Positions 1-13,900 of a stretch of DNA of 64,000 nt are shown here, piece by piece. Position 1 is the stretch's first letter, and the number at the start of each line of letters is the position of its first letter. The notes under the pieces are model-generated. The model did no database searches, was not told the DNA's origin, and saw nothing but the letters and a program-made list of their open reading frames with translations. A program made the translations under genes and the position numbers. Source of the stretch: Mytilus trossulus (taxonomy: Eukaryota). The stretch is from assembly GCF_036588685.1 (NCBI RefSeq), contig NC_086375.1, positions 15,934,001 through 15,998,000 on the forward strand, in the 5' to 3' direction.

Positions 1-479
1 TTGTCAGACACTTTTCTTTTTTTTATTTGATTTTTATAATATGCCAAAAATCTGTATATTTGATAGAGTTTAACATTAAATTGTGCGTTTGACTCTTAAG
101 AGACGTATAGCCAACCCGATTAACAGATCCACTGACGATATAGCCGCATACTCAATATAGATTAACTGACCAATCTCTCGGTTACATAGGTCCCTATTAA
201 TATGAAACAATGATATTATTGTTTCTCTCTTGATACATGTAAAAGGAGCTTAACATAGTATACGACAAGACATTTAGCAAGCGTTTTACTTGACAGGCAA
301 CAAACCTGTCTAATTCGACCGTCCCGCTAATTTCTCATTCTGAGTAGATTTAGAAGAATTGATATATTATGTAAAAAAAAAAACATATGCATATGCACGT
401 TCACTACCTTTATAAAAGATTAAAATAATGATTCAGTGTTAAAAATTGAAAAAAAAATCTTTGAGGTTCACATCTTCGT

Positions 480-910
480 TACAAAATTGAACATGCAGTT
501 TTAAAAAAAAGAGCTATTACTTGGCAATCCCCGATATTTTCCTTCTGGTTTTAAAACATTAAATGCATTTTATTTGCGTCAAGTATTTGTCTTAACCTCA
601 GAAATCTGTCATCAGACTCGTTCAAAAAGTTAAGATTCAAAACACCTTGTAACCGCCAAAAAGTAGTGTTTTCGCTGGATATTTCTCTCCATTCATTTTT
701 TGAACTTTTACTACAAGTTTTCCTAAAATGCTGTTAATATCTTGAACAGACAAATCCTTCAGGTTTGGTATAATTAAACCACTACCAATTTTAGAATTCT
801 TCCAGTCTTCAATTACATTAACTGCCCATTTTGTGGCTTTCTTTGCATTTTTGTTCTCATCAGCTTCAATAAGTGTATCAATTTCATTGTCTGTCATTTC
901 TGCAAACCTT
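480..910 (-). mobile_element. Decayed Crypton-like (DUF3504/ZMYM-KCTD1-type tyrosine recombinase-related) coding remnant
   Basis: ORF 637-897 reads IDTLIEADENKNAKKATKWAVNVIEDW...INSILGKLVVKVQKMNGEKYPAKTL. This resembles the NT.K.T.WAV..F..W / RK.DG..YP..TL pattern upstream of DUF3504. The frame breaks downstream. Assignment is by motif recall only. Confidence 0.6.
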
Positions 911-1755
911 GATTCGACTCATTGTCCCTGTTCTTTATGTTTTTCATCCTGAAATAAGATAATATCACATAATTTAACACATGGCAGAGGCAAAAATCCG
1001 GCAGTGGCAAATATTTCATGAATATTCCGGATGAGAACAATTAAACGATAAATCTAGTCAGAAGTTTCCGCAAATGATAATATCTCAGGTCCAAGTAGCG
1101 GATCAAGAACTTGTTATTAAAGATGAGGGCTAACTGACCAAAAAGGAGGGGACGCTCGTCGTGCTTCAGTGATTCCCTATATAATTAACCAATGTTTTCC
1201 CACAAAAGAGGGACCCGGGACCCCATCCCTTGTGTCCGTCTACGGGTCCATACCTCAAACTATGCAATAATGGGTCTGTGCGTGGCAGATAATTCTAAAA
1301 CAAAGACGTACCTTGACGTTGTTGATCTATCTGTTTTCTCAAGGATCTTGCAACCATAGATCTAAGTCTAGTCCTAGGTCAAATGAAACAGCTGAGGTGT
1401 CGATTAAATCTACAGATGCATTCTCATCCATCAAATTACTAGGAAACTCTCCAAAAAGTCCTCTATATTTTTTTAATTTCTCAGTTCCATTTCATCCTCC
1501 AATGTTTCTAATACTTGGGATAAAATCATATCGTCCTCCGATATTTCATGACGAAATCCGTCCATTTCAGTCTCTTGTTGGGCGGATGTGATTTATGCGG
1601 GAAAATTGTTGACGTCATTTGTTAAAACAGTTATTGGCCGATCAAATCGGTATATCATGTAATTTAATTTGCGCAGCACGAGATGACACAATAACCCGAA
1701 CTCCTTCGTCGTTCGAATTAAACAGGGTCACTCGACCTGTGCAGATTAAATCCCA

Positions 1756-2027
1756 TTTATCGCTATTTTGTGCATTTTTCATTTGATCTTTTTTTGTGAT
1801 AATTTTCATATCATGCTTCTCGTTTGAGATGAAAAAATTATCACTAGAAACTAAGGAGGCCACGTGGCGTTGCTAACGAAATTGACATTGAAATTGACGA
1901 CGTCGTCATAGGTAAAATAGCGATAAACAGATTATCATTGGTCATCTCAACTCGATTGCTTTTCTCACTTTCGCTGTTCCAGCTCAAGCGAGAAAATCAA
2001 TCTCGTTGAGATAATCAACGATAATCT
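1756..2027 (+). mobile_element. Non-autonomous element with inverted repeat plus terminal palindrome (element C)
   Basis: TTTATCGCTATTTT (1756-1769) is inverted at AAAATAGCGATAAA (1914-1927), directly followed by an imperfect palindrome 1929-2027. Its centre reads GA-GCTG-GAA-CAGC-GA on the - strand. The element may extend further left. Confidence 0.6.
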
Positions 2028-2095
2028 ATAAATATCGACTTTCTTGGTCAATAACTATAACTTATTTTGACAGATAAGGCGAAAGGAGAATAAGC

Positions 2096-2267
2096 AGTCT
2101 TACTAAAGCTAACCCCATAATCTTATTACAAATGCATATCACACAGGTGGTGTTTTCACGTTGGTAATTGTAGGCTTATTCTCATTCTCTACAATTGCCA
2201 ATGTGAAAACCTCCAGCTGTGTGAAATGCATTTGTAATAAGATTATGGGGTTAGCTTTAGTAAGACT
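2096..2267. mobile_element. Palindromic MITE (foldback)
   Basis: Arms of ~77 bp (AGTCTTACTAAAGCTAACCCCATAATCTTATTACAAATGCAT... / ...ATGCATTTGTAATAAGATTATGGGGTTAGCTTTAGTAAGACT) are near-perfect inverted repeats around a ~16 nt loop. AGC flanks both ends (possible 3-bp TSD). Confidence 0.8.
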
Positions 2268-2955
2268 AGCCAATTAGTTCAGTCATTTTTTTAAAGTTTT
2301 TAACGATAGGTATATATAAATCTTTGTTATCATGTGAAATGTTTTATTAAAAAGTAGATGTGGTATGATTGCAAATGAGACAACACCTCTCAGGAGACCA
2401 AATTACACAGAAATTAACAACTATATGTCACCGTATGGTCTTCAAAAATGAGCAAGGCCCATACCGCATAGTCAACTATAAAAAGCCCCGAAATCACAAA
2501 TGCAAACAAGTAAAACGAGAAACTAGTGATCTAATTAATGTACAAATAATGAACGAAAGACAAATATCTAATAAAGCAACGACTGACAAACACTTTATAA
2601 CATGCTCTTGACAGGCACATACATACAAAATATGACGGGGTTAAACATGTTGTCTTTTTGTCTTAATATTTTCGTGAAACAAAAACCGCAACAAACAGTT
2701 GTGACCATCAAACCATTCTATACCGGTGGATAACAATTATGGTTTGATGGTTACGAACTTGTGATGTTTGGTATAACTTTCAGATGTTAAAGCGAGGAAC
2801 ATAACAGTAAAAAATGTTTTATGAATAATTTCCTTTTAGAATTAATAGAGTATTCGAAAAGAAAACTGCAAAAAAATGACATACTTAGTTTTTATTGTCC
2901 ATTTGTAAATCAGGTATTAAAGGCCTGTCATTAGATATTAAATATGTTAATGCAC

Positions 2956-3211
2956 TATTTACGGGCATTATGTTTTCTGGTATGTGCGTCCGTTCACCCG
3001 TTTGTGCGTCTGTCCCATTTTTTTTTGGTTCAAGTAGTTTTTAATGAAGTTGAAGTCCAATCAACTTGTAACTTAGTACACATGTTTCCTATGATATGAT
3101 CTTTCTTATTTTAATGCCAAATTAGAGTTTTGACCCCAGTTTAACGGTCCACTGAACTTAGAAAAAGATAGTGCGAGTGGGGCATCCGTGTACTATGGAC
3201 ACATTCTTGTT
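2956..3211 (+). mobile_element. Helentron-associated/DINE-like non-autonomous element
   Basis: GGGCATTATGTTTTCTGG followed by degenerate CCGT microsatellite, a subterminal GGGGCATCCGTG...GGACAC motif and a CTTGTT end. A related 5' part recurs at ~41895-41975. Confidence 0.55.
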
Positions 3212-4284
3212 ATTCACTATTTCTGTTTTATAAGGGACGATTGAATAGGATAAATACACTTTTATTTTATTTCATACTTAATATGAAGAGCTGGATTTCT
3301 TTTTGAAAGGGGAATTGGGGTCATTAATTTTTGATATCTGTTTTATTTGTTAGGTCCTTAATCTTTGGTTTGTGTTATTTATGCACACTATCCTCTAATA
3401 AAACATCATCTTTTCATTACGTTTATGTCCTATTTTTCTCTATTCTTAATTAGATGGGTCCTGTTTTTCTGAAGATTCGGTCTATTAATCGGTATTCTGT
3501 AAACCCCGTCCAAACCTTTTAAATTGACCTCTAGTTCACTTTATGATTTCTTTTTCGTTAAATTGTTGTCTCATAGAAGTTTATCGCGTATTTTTGTTCT
3601 TTCGTAATAAATCTAATCAAGTGTGAATGCCTCTGTCCTTAGTTAATTATACAAACTTCTGTTTATTTTAGATACGAAAAAGATAATGTTAGATATGATA
3701 AAATTATAAATCGAAATATTCCGATGAAGTTGAATCTAATGTATACAATTAATGCTGTTGTAAATGCAAAATATAAATGCCTTTTTAGAGGCAAATCATC
3801 AATTTCAGGTCAATAATAAATATCAGAGAGCACTGTTGGTCTAGCTATCTAAAATATCATTCTCTTTTCTATAATCAGGTAAAATTTATTTCTCAAACTT
3901 ACAATTTCGGTGCTTTTATTGTTTTTTCTAATCATCTTGTGCCTCGTTATTTTGCAAGCAGTTGTATAAGTTTTTATCAGCTTTTTTATGTACCAATACA
4001 ATTAAATGTTTATCCGATTTCCTTTATCAGTTGAAGAGTTGAGACCATATAGTCTTTTGATAATTTCGAGATGTATCAATAGAGAAGTAAAAAAGCTTAA
4101 TGATAAAGTCAATATGACTGCAGCATGTCCAAAATATACCATTTTATTGATTAATTGATGTTTGCTTAGCGTCCAGTGGCAAATATTTCAAGCATTTTTT
4201 ATGACGTCTCTTACTTGAAAAATATCATTTTGTTAAATGGTACCTCACTTTTGGTCAAATATCATTAAATAGAACATAATAATT

Positions 4285-4467
4285 AAAAGAGAGTGACGAA
4301 AGATACCAGAGGGAGAGTCAAACTCATAGACAAAAATCCAAATGACAACGCAATGGCCAAAATTAAAATAACAAACACAGACAAATAATAGTACAGAAGA
4401 CACAACATAGAAAACTAAAGACTAAGCAACACGAACCCCACCAAAAACTGGGGGTGATCTCAGGTGT
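4285..4467 (-). repeat. 3'-terminal fragment of the Penelope-like element seen at 46270-47185
   Basis: Reverse complement matches ~47005-47185 (CACCTGAGATCA...CTCTGGTATCTTTCGT). Shorter related copies lie at ~13397-13523, ~29057-29130 and ~31216-31290. Confidence 0.7.
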
Positions 4468-4839
4468 AAAACATCTTTTTCTACCATTAATATATTTTCA
4501 GATTTATAACAATAAAGTTGACAATGCAGTTGAATCAACTAAGAAGATAAGTTCTTCAATGATTTTTTTTTATTTATTTGTGCCTACAAATTTTTTTTCT
4601 TACTTTATTCCGACGAAAAATTCCTTTGATTGTCTAAAATAAATTGAAGTGAATTAGAAATGGTTGTGCAACATTATAATTGAACTTTCTATTGACATTT
4701 GACCAATGATTACGAAAGATATAATTGATAACTTTTAATGAACCAAACAAAGTACAGATAATTATTAATTATAGATCTACTATCGAGGAATTTACCCTGC
4801 ACCCCTATCTCTGTCAGCAACTTGTTATCACATATTTAG

Positions 4840-4846
4840 TATAAAA
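4840..4846 (+). promoter_or_regulatory. TATA box of the apolipophorin/apoB-like gene
   Basis: TATAAAA lies 63 nt upstream of the signal-peptide ATG at 4903. GATA-type sites (AGATAA ~4757, TTATCA ~4825) are just upstream. Confidence 0.65.
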
Positions 4847-4902
4847 GACACAGTCCAATTGGAACACCTCAATTAGAAACGAGATATTACACAAGCTCCA
4901 TA

Positions 4903-7900
4903 ATGGGGCTAAAGTTACTTATATTATGTGCCCTTGTGGTACTTAATCAAGCAGGTTTGTTATAGGCTAATTATATATTACTAATTTTGATTCAAATAAG
5001 TAACGATAAAAACGAATAATTTATTATTCAAACACACATGTGTATTTCGTAATAATTTATTATCCAAAAACACATGTGTATTTTGTAATATTGAATGATA
5101 ATGAGAAACTGATTATGATTATTGTAAAAATCGTGAAAAAACCCAATTCTGTGTATCGCATTTTTACTTCATATTATACTTGTTTTTTCGTTTATTGTTT
5201 TGTTCGTAAAACTATATAAGATCGTTCGTTTTCTTGCTTGAATTGTTTTGCATCTGTTATTTTGGGCTTAATAATTCTTCAAGTTCGTACTATGAAATAC
5301 TCGTGTCTGGTTGAGAGATGTTTCATTGTCAGTTATACCACATCTTCTTATTTTTATTATTAACTATGATATTCGTTTTCAGCTAAACTACCTAAATCAC
5401 AGACTGCCACATGTTCAAGACAATGTACAGGTAAGTCAAGTGAAACAATATTCATCCCAGCTCCTTTGTTCTACCAAGGGTAATCCGTCTCAGATCATCC
5501 TAGTTTGAGTTTCTTTGTTTTGCATCCTTTCCTTTTTTTTGTAACATTTTGACGGGAATGCCTAATCTAGCGTTATTTTATAATATAAACATCAATGTAT
5601 TCTTAAGATAATGGAGCTTTAAAGCCCACAAATAGAAATCCACATGCATTTTGATAAGATGCATTTCTTTATTTGCTATATAATAGCTGTATCTTTTACA
5701 GTCATGACAATAATCCCTTTTCCATAAAACCGAAATAATTCAAACGATCTATTAATAAAAGGTTTTCCCCATTACTTCGAACAGGGACAGTCTATATTTA
5801 TCCTTGTATTTTAAAAAATATAAACTTCCGTTGATATAAGTTCACTGTGTAACAGCATATATTGTCTTTTATGAAAAGGAGGATTTATTATGGTAATTTT
5901 CTTATTTTGCAGAATCGAAAAAATTTGGATACGAAACCGGAAAGACATACGACTATGACTACACATCAAAGGTGTCAACGACAATACAAGGGGCTTCCGA
6001 AGATAAAGCGGGAATTGACATGGCTGCAAAAGTTCACATCGAGGTTCAGTCAAAATGCGATCTTGTGCTTAAGGTAATAAAGAAGAAAACAAGTTAATTT
6101 AAATTCAATTACTAATCGTCATTAATTTTGTTGTTGTTAAAACTATAAGTAAACATTGTGTCATTAATATTATAAGTCTCGATAGATTGAATTCATATCG
6201 ATACATTTTCGTATTCAGAATCCAAATGATCTTTCCATTTTCAGGTTTCTGATGTAGTACTTACTGAATCAGACCCTAAATCACCAAACACAAGACGCAA
6301 TGCTGACGTCACAGGCGAATTCAAGAAAAGTCTTGAACAGAACCCATTGATGTTCTCCTTCCAAGATGGCCGTGTTGATGAACTATGTCCTTCTAACGAC
6401 GAACAGACATGGGCTCTTAATATCAAACGAGCAATCATCTCTGCTTTCCAGAACTCTATGGATGATTTCAGTCAAGAACAGAAAACCAAAGAGGTAAAAT
6501 TGTGTAGCACAATAATCTATGGAAAACCGATCATTCAGTTTTAAAATAACTCTATTCGTGTTTTTGTGTAGCTATTCGTTTTGCTCTATTTTGATTTTTT
6601 TTTTCTATTTTTCGATTATAACAAATAAGTCACCTCCTCCCGTAAGTGGGGCCAAGTCGTTATTCTTAACATTAAAAAAGAAAGTTATCATAAAATCTAT
6701 TATTATTCTAACTATTTCAATTTTTAACATTTACCGTATGTGATGAAATAAGAAAAAAATGAAATACTTTTCAGATGGATGTAACCGGAAGTTGTGATGT
6801 AAATTACTCTCTGGCTTCCAATGGGTGGTACACAATGACAATCAAGAAGACAAAAGACACATTAGGATGTGTAGATCGTCATGGTTACAAAACAGCCATG
6901 CAAGGAACACCATATAGAGTACCGTCTGTAAGTTATTATTCTATATGCCATTTTTTTTTAAATTAAGGGTATCGCAAATTATACATATTCTATAGTTGGA
7001 TTCACTTTCAAAACAATATTGTATCATGTTAAACAAATAGAGTAGATTAAAAACCAATGACTATGTTTAACTAAAACGGTTTTCATTATTTTTGTATTAT
7101 TGTTGTAGGAAATCCAGTCAATGCCATTGGTTAAAAGCACTCACGAATGTCAACAGGGAATCAGTAAAACTGGTATCCTTCAGAGCAGCAGTTGTGAGGA
7201 ACAACATGTTCTCCGACCATTCTCCAGAGAATCCAGAGGAGCTGTTACAGAAACAAAACAGACATTGAAATATATTACAGAGAGTCAAAGCAGATCTACA
7301 AAAGGTGAAATTGAATCAACAGAAACTATTATTATACTTCATGTCAAAATGCCAGATTTTGATTGGCTAATACGAGGGTGTCAATTTACTCTATTACCCT
7401 TCATGGAGACGCTTGATCAAGTGTGCGCTTTATTAAATACGACTCTATCCTATGACAAATACTTTATCACCCTTCACAGAGACGCTTGATCAAGTGTGCG
7501 CTTTATTAAATACGACTCTATTCTATGGCAAATACTCTATTACCCTTCACGGAGATGTTTGATCAAGTGTGCGCTTCATTAAATACGGATGTTTATGTAC
7601 AATTGTCATAGTTTATTACTTTGAATTTTAAAATTAATCGACAGTAATAACAGAACATTCAGTATAATAAATTAAATAACACATATCTGAGAGGGTGATA
7701 GAGCAGATTGTTACCCCTCGAAAAAACATTGTCAACCTTGGCTTCGCCTCAGTTGACAATGTTTTCTCGGGGTAACAATCTGCTCTATCACCCTCTCAGC
7801 TATGTGTTATTTATACGTTGATATATGCATCGCGAATCAAATAAATACTATTTAGAACTTTTTATCTACAAAACTCTTCCAAATATAGACGAAGTCCACA

Positions 7901-10900
7901 CGTCATTTGTTTCCTTGTAAAAAAAATTTAATACTACAGCTTATATGACCCGTTGTTCACTACTTAATGGCAAAGTTGACAATAGATGAATTTGTCTGTT
8001 GTGTTTACGTTCCCGATCAAGATAAGACCATAAGAGATATTACGCAAATTAATAACAATTTTGTGTATCACATTAACGTTCAAACGATATATAGATAATT
8101 TCCTAATTTAGTATTTCATGTTCAATTTTAGTGTCTACTGAAAAGAGAACAACACTGGCATTTGAGCATGCTTTTGACAACTCCAATTCTGCAAACGCAC
8201 AGAAGGAGGTTCTGAACAAACTGACAGAATTTTGCGAATTATCTAAAGATGCCGTGAAAGTATCCACAGCCAAACAATTTACTGAGCTTGTCAGACTTAT
8301 GAAAACGTTAGACAGTGATAGCATGGAAAGTGTCCACAAGAAAGTACATTCAGGAAAAGTATGTCCAAAGAATACAAAAGTCAGGTATGTATAATATATA
8401 GGAAATATACTATATATGTGATATTTTTTCAGTGCAGCGTTTGCCATTTACGACCTCAGTACTGTATGCCATTTACGACCTCAGTACTGTATGCCATTTA
8501 CGACCTCAGTACTGTACAATATTACATGATCGGCTAAATATTAGGTCAAATAATTCAAATTCTGCTTTCTCGTAGCTTTTATGTTGTTTTTTTTTATCAC
8601 ATTATCTCACATTTAACGTGATTTCAAGCATGACACCGGTCATTTGGTCAGAGTTTTAAACACATTTTCTTTTTCTTCAATACTTTGTAAAAATTTACCT
8701 TTCCAATCTAATGAGAAGTCTTAAATAATTGATACCGTAACTGCAAAAGAGCCTTTGCTTTATTTAAAGTTTAAAGTGTAAAACAATTGTTTTATAATTT
8801 GCAGGAAATTCTTCCTTGACGCCATTCCAATGGTTGGAACTAAAGCTTCTTTGAAAATGATGACACATTTGATTAATACCGACGAAGTTACCGGAGCTGA
8901 AGCTGATATGTGGATGACAAGTCTATCTTTTATTCAACATCCAACAAAAGACATGCTATTGGAACTGAAGGTATACACAACTCTTTAATTATTAACTGGA
9001 AACAAAACATTAAATGAATCGATTTCGTTTTCAAGATGTTAAAATGTAACGGTTCTTTGTAAATATGTAAATATGTGTATACGTAATGATAAAACCGGTT
9101 CTTTCAAATGTGTAAATATCTTTATACATATAGACAGTGACGGCTCTTTTAAATATAAAAGTTAATGTACATATGTTTCATCATAATGTATGGTGTTCAT
9201 GCTTTTCATTTTAGCCTTTGTTGACTAACACAAAGAACGGACAAGCCATGCTTGCAGTTTCATCCCTTGTGTACACCTACTGTAAAACATCTTCCTGTGC
9301 TAACGACATTGATATGGTAAACCTTGTTGCCAGCTTAGAAGACAAGATAGGTGTTGGATGCTATGCAGACAAGAACAATGTTAACAACGTAAGCAGTTTC
9401 ATTCATTTCTTAAAACATGTTGATTGTTCCTCGGAAAATTTACGTTTAAATTGAATTTGTCATATTAGACAACAATATTTTCAATATAGGATAATTCACT
9501 AATCTTTTATGTTTCGTTTCAGATTATCCGTGCCTTACGTGCCTTTGGAAATGCTGGTTTCTCTAGCAGTATCACAATGGTAAACAGTTGTTTGACGAGA
9601 AAAGAAAACCCGACAGAGGTTCGCCTTGCTGCAGCTCAAGCCTTCCGCCGAATGGCATGTGATGCAAACGTAATTAAAAACTTATAAATTATTTCTTATG
9701 ATAAACAAATCTATAATTTGACTTGTTAAATTGACGACATTATATTTTGAACTATTATCAAAATTGCCTTTATATATTTGTGTTGTTATAAGAGTCTGAT
9801 CACTGTTATGCAAAACTGTTAATTTGGATGTTACTGTTATCAAATATCATAATTGATTTATCTTATAATTTAAGGATAGGAAATGAAAAAACAATAATTA
9901 AAAACAGTGTATTTTAGACAAATATCGAATGTATTATTAATGCAAAATAATATACTTACATGCAAGAAATATATCTTCAAAATAGGATTTGTTTTCTTTT
10001 AGAGAAACGAGTTGATGACCATTTACTTGAATCGCGATGAGGATTCCGAAATAAGAATTGCTGCTTACCTAGGACTGATGACATGTCCTTCAAAGTCTAT
10101 CCTCAACAGAATCCAGACAACACTGGAATCAGAAGAAGTAAATCAAGTTGGCTCCTTCGTCTGGACTCACCTTACAAATCTAATGGAAACATCAAGTCCA
10201 CTGAAACAAAGCATAAAATCAATTTTATCTAATGACATACTGAAGAAAGAATTCAACTTAGAAAAAATGAAGTATTCCAGAAACTATGAAGCTTCATTTT
10301 TCCTAGAAAAGATGAACACAGGTGCCGCAATTGACAGCAATCTTATTTGGTCTTCTAAGTCTTTCCTTCCAAGATCAGCCATGACTAACCTCACCGTTGA
10401 TCTTTTTGGTCACTCTGTCAACCTGTTTGAGTTTGGAGGAAGAGTAGAGGGACTAGAGTATTTCCTAGAATCATACTTTGGACCTGAAGGATATTTTGGC
10501 AAGTCAAAGGATGTTGTCAAACAATCTGTAAAAGGAATTAGCAACAAAGCAATGGATAAACTGAACGAAGAGGTTAGCAATAGATTGAAAGAAGTTAATA
10601 GCCGTTCTTTTCATATTGTATTTGAAATCCATTCACATTTGCATTTATTCCTATTTTGTTTGTTATACATTAAGTGCCTACTCGTTTTATTTAAAAAGCA
10701 AAACTTATATAAAATAATCAGAAATGTAGTTCTTAACATAGTTTCGTACTTTTCTTCTTTTTCATCTTATAAATTACAGTATTTTTGATTAATATTAATA
10801 TTCTTTATTTTTGCAATTTCTAGTTTGGATCAACAATGGAAGAGTTCAAAGGAAGCATGTATTTGAGAATATTTGGCAATGAATTACAGTACATCAACAC

Positions 10901-13900
10901 CGACGATATCAAAAGTCTGATTGAAGGACAAAACTTCAACATTCTGGATTTCATCATCAATCTGGCCAAAGAGCAAGACTATTCTTTCACACAGAGCTTC
11001 ATGTTTCTAGATACCAGTATCATAATTCCAACAATGTCTGGTTTCCCACTTAACATCAGTTTAGACGGAAGTGCTACAATTGACGTTCAAGCTTCCGGTA
11101 AAATGGACCTTAGACAAATTCAGTCAAATCCCATGACAGTTTCCATCGATGGAAAAATTCGACCAAGGTAATATTAGATACTCAGATACACAATTTTAGT
11201 ATAAAGATCAACCAAAACAAAAGACCCAAAAACAACCAAACCAAAACCAAATGTCAGCTTGAAATACAACCTAAAACATCAGCAAATAAGCACATATATC
11301 AGTCAACAACAATATTTTGAATGGAGTTTTATGATTGTCTTCGCTGTTCATTCAAACATAAAATTTGCCATAATTTTTCGCAATAAATATCCTGTGGTTG
11401 ATGATATAAAAGAAATGAAAAACTATATCAACCAACAAATTTTCAAACTATAAAGTAATGATAATTGCTTTAAACAGTGAATACATAGAATCAAACAAGT
11501 CTGATGTTAATTTTTTTCTAAACAAAAATAAATAAATGAAAGACTATGCATGCTTATACGCCAAAAAAAAAACAAACCCGTATACCACAGTTGCGAAAGA
11601 ATGTAGATCTGAAAAGATATATATTCATACGCACGATTAAGAAATGCATATTTTCTAGGTAAATTTGTATATTGATCAATAAAGTATCTTTTTAATTCAG
11701 TGCTGCTTTGGAAGTGACAAGTCTAATGAGTGTTGATGCCTTCGTAACTAAAGCTGGAATGAAAATGGTATCTTCAGTGAACTCTGCCTCTGCTGTTGAA
11801 GGTCATCTGGAAATAAAAGGTGGACAACTCTTTAGTGCAGAATGGAAGACACCAGATGCAAAGACAGAAATATTTGAAGCAAAGTAAGTATGAAAATATT
11901 TTCATAATAAAATATTTAGGTCATGAATTTTTTTTTCTTTTACTCTTTAATATAACCAGTCTGGGTTTTTCTTGCACTTGAATGACAACCTTAACTTACC
12001 TCTTTCCATATCAACAGCATGGATTTTTAGAATAATTGACTGTTCTGTTCTTTTCTATCTGTTACATATTTATTAATCTAAAAAGAAGAAAAGGGAATAC
12101 AGTCTCTTATCCATATACATGTTAACTTTGTTACATATAAACCTTGCATAATTTATATAAATCTTTTTGCAGAACTTCATTCTTTACTGTTCATCGTGAT
12201 GAGACCCGTGAACAAAAGATGGTAACACAAAACAGACAAACAAAGAAACTATGCACTGGTGATGACATTGCACACGTGACTGGACTTGAACTATGTGGTG
12301 AAATTTCCTACCCTAATGCTTCTCTAAAGGCTGATTCTCCATATTTCCCCCTAACTGGACCATTGACAGCTGGTGTTACACTCTACAAGAGAGACAGCCA
12401 TACTGGTTACAAAATGGAGTATAAATTTGGAAAGGTAATTACCGCTTTTTACAGCTTACTTCTTTGCTTAAGACTAATGTTTAAAAATTATGGATTTATT
12501 TTTGATCACTGAAAGTAAGTCTTATTTTTCAATTAGGTAATAATACTTCCACCAAACATATCATAACAGGAATATAAATATATATATCATTAATCTTATT
12601 TTTTGTATTTTTTCCGACGTGAGGTATAATGGTTTTATTATTATAATTTATTTTAGACAAAATCTTTAGTGATTGCCAATGTAGGATTTAACACACCAGG
12701 GTCAAAGGTTGATAGAGAAATGAGACTCGGTTTCAATCTGAATATGAAGAAACATGATATTGAAATGATGATGCTGTCACCATGGAAAAAGGCAACCTTC
12801 AATGGTAACTTTTAATATATAAAGAATTATGCATTTTTTTTAATAACTTCAATGTTATTTTTTATTGACAATGCTATCAATTTTCACAGTAAAATTTAAT
12901 TCAGTATTAAGTCATGATTTTAAAGTTTGAAATCTTAGATAACATTATATCTATCAGGTATTATGGACTTCTTCCTTTTTATTATTTAAGTAAGAGATCA
13001 ATACTTTTGTTAATACTTTTTACAAAAAATAATCTATTTTATAGGAGCTGTCGATACCAAACAAAGACAATTAAATGGTAAATTACTTATTGACCAATCA
13101 GAATACTCAGTCAATGCAGCTTTAGCTAGTCAGAAGAAGTCTTCTAAAATGATATATACACCATCTGTAGAAATAGTCATACCAAAGAAGGATAACATTA
13201 AACTTGATGGAACTATTGAATATTTGGCGGGAACAACTTTGGATTCTGCATTTACCATTCGTGGAGTTTCAAAAGAACCAATCAACATGAGATGTGAGTT
13301 ATACATCAATATTCATAGATGTTAAAGTCACATCCCCTTGCAAAGAATACCAAAATAAATAAACAATAAATCAAAACGAATCAGCATGCCAGATTTAAAA
13401 GAGGGACGAACATTACCAGAGGGACAGTCAAATACCCAAAACGAAAATAAACTGACAACGACTGGCTAAAAATGAAAGAAGAAAGACAGACAAACAATAG
13501 AACACATGACACAACATAGAAAAAGTATTACATCTTTTTCATGAAATTCAATGATCCGATATACTTTAAATGTTAAAATAAAAACCAGCAAATGAATGCT
13601 TTGATGTATACAAAACAAATGTATTATAGGCATAGTTTCAATTTATGTTTATTTTCTTCATACTTTACATATACATATTTTTAATTTAAATACTATATTT
13701 AATTCTACATAAAAGAGAAGTTTAAGTGTATGGTTTTTGCTGTTTTTTTTGTAGTGAACATGCTAAACAAGAAGGTTATAAAATCAATCAAGGGCAGTTT
13801 TACAATGGACAAAAAAGAAGAATATAGTTTTGAGACCAGAATGCAGACACTAGTAACTAAACAATCTTTGAGATACAGTCCATTTATCTCAGTTAAAACG

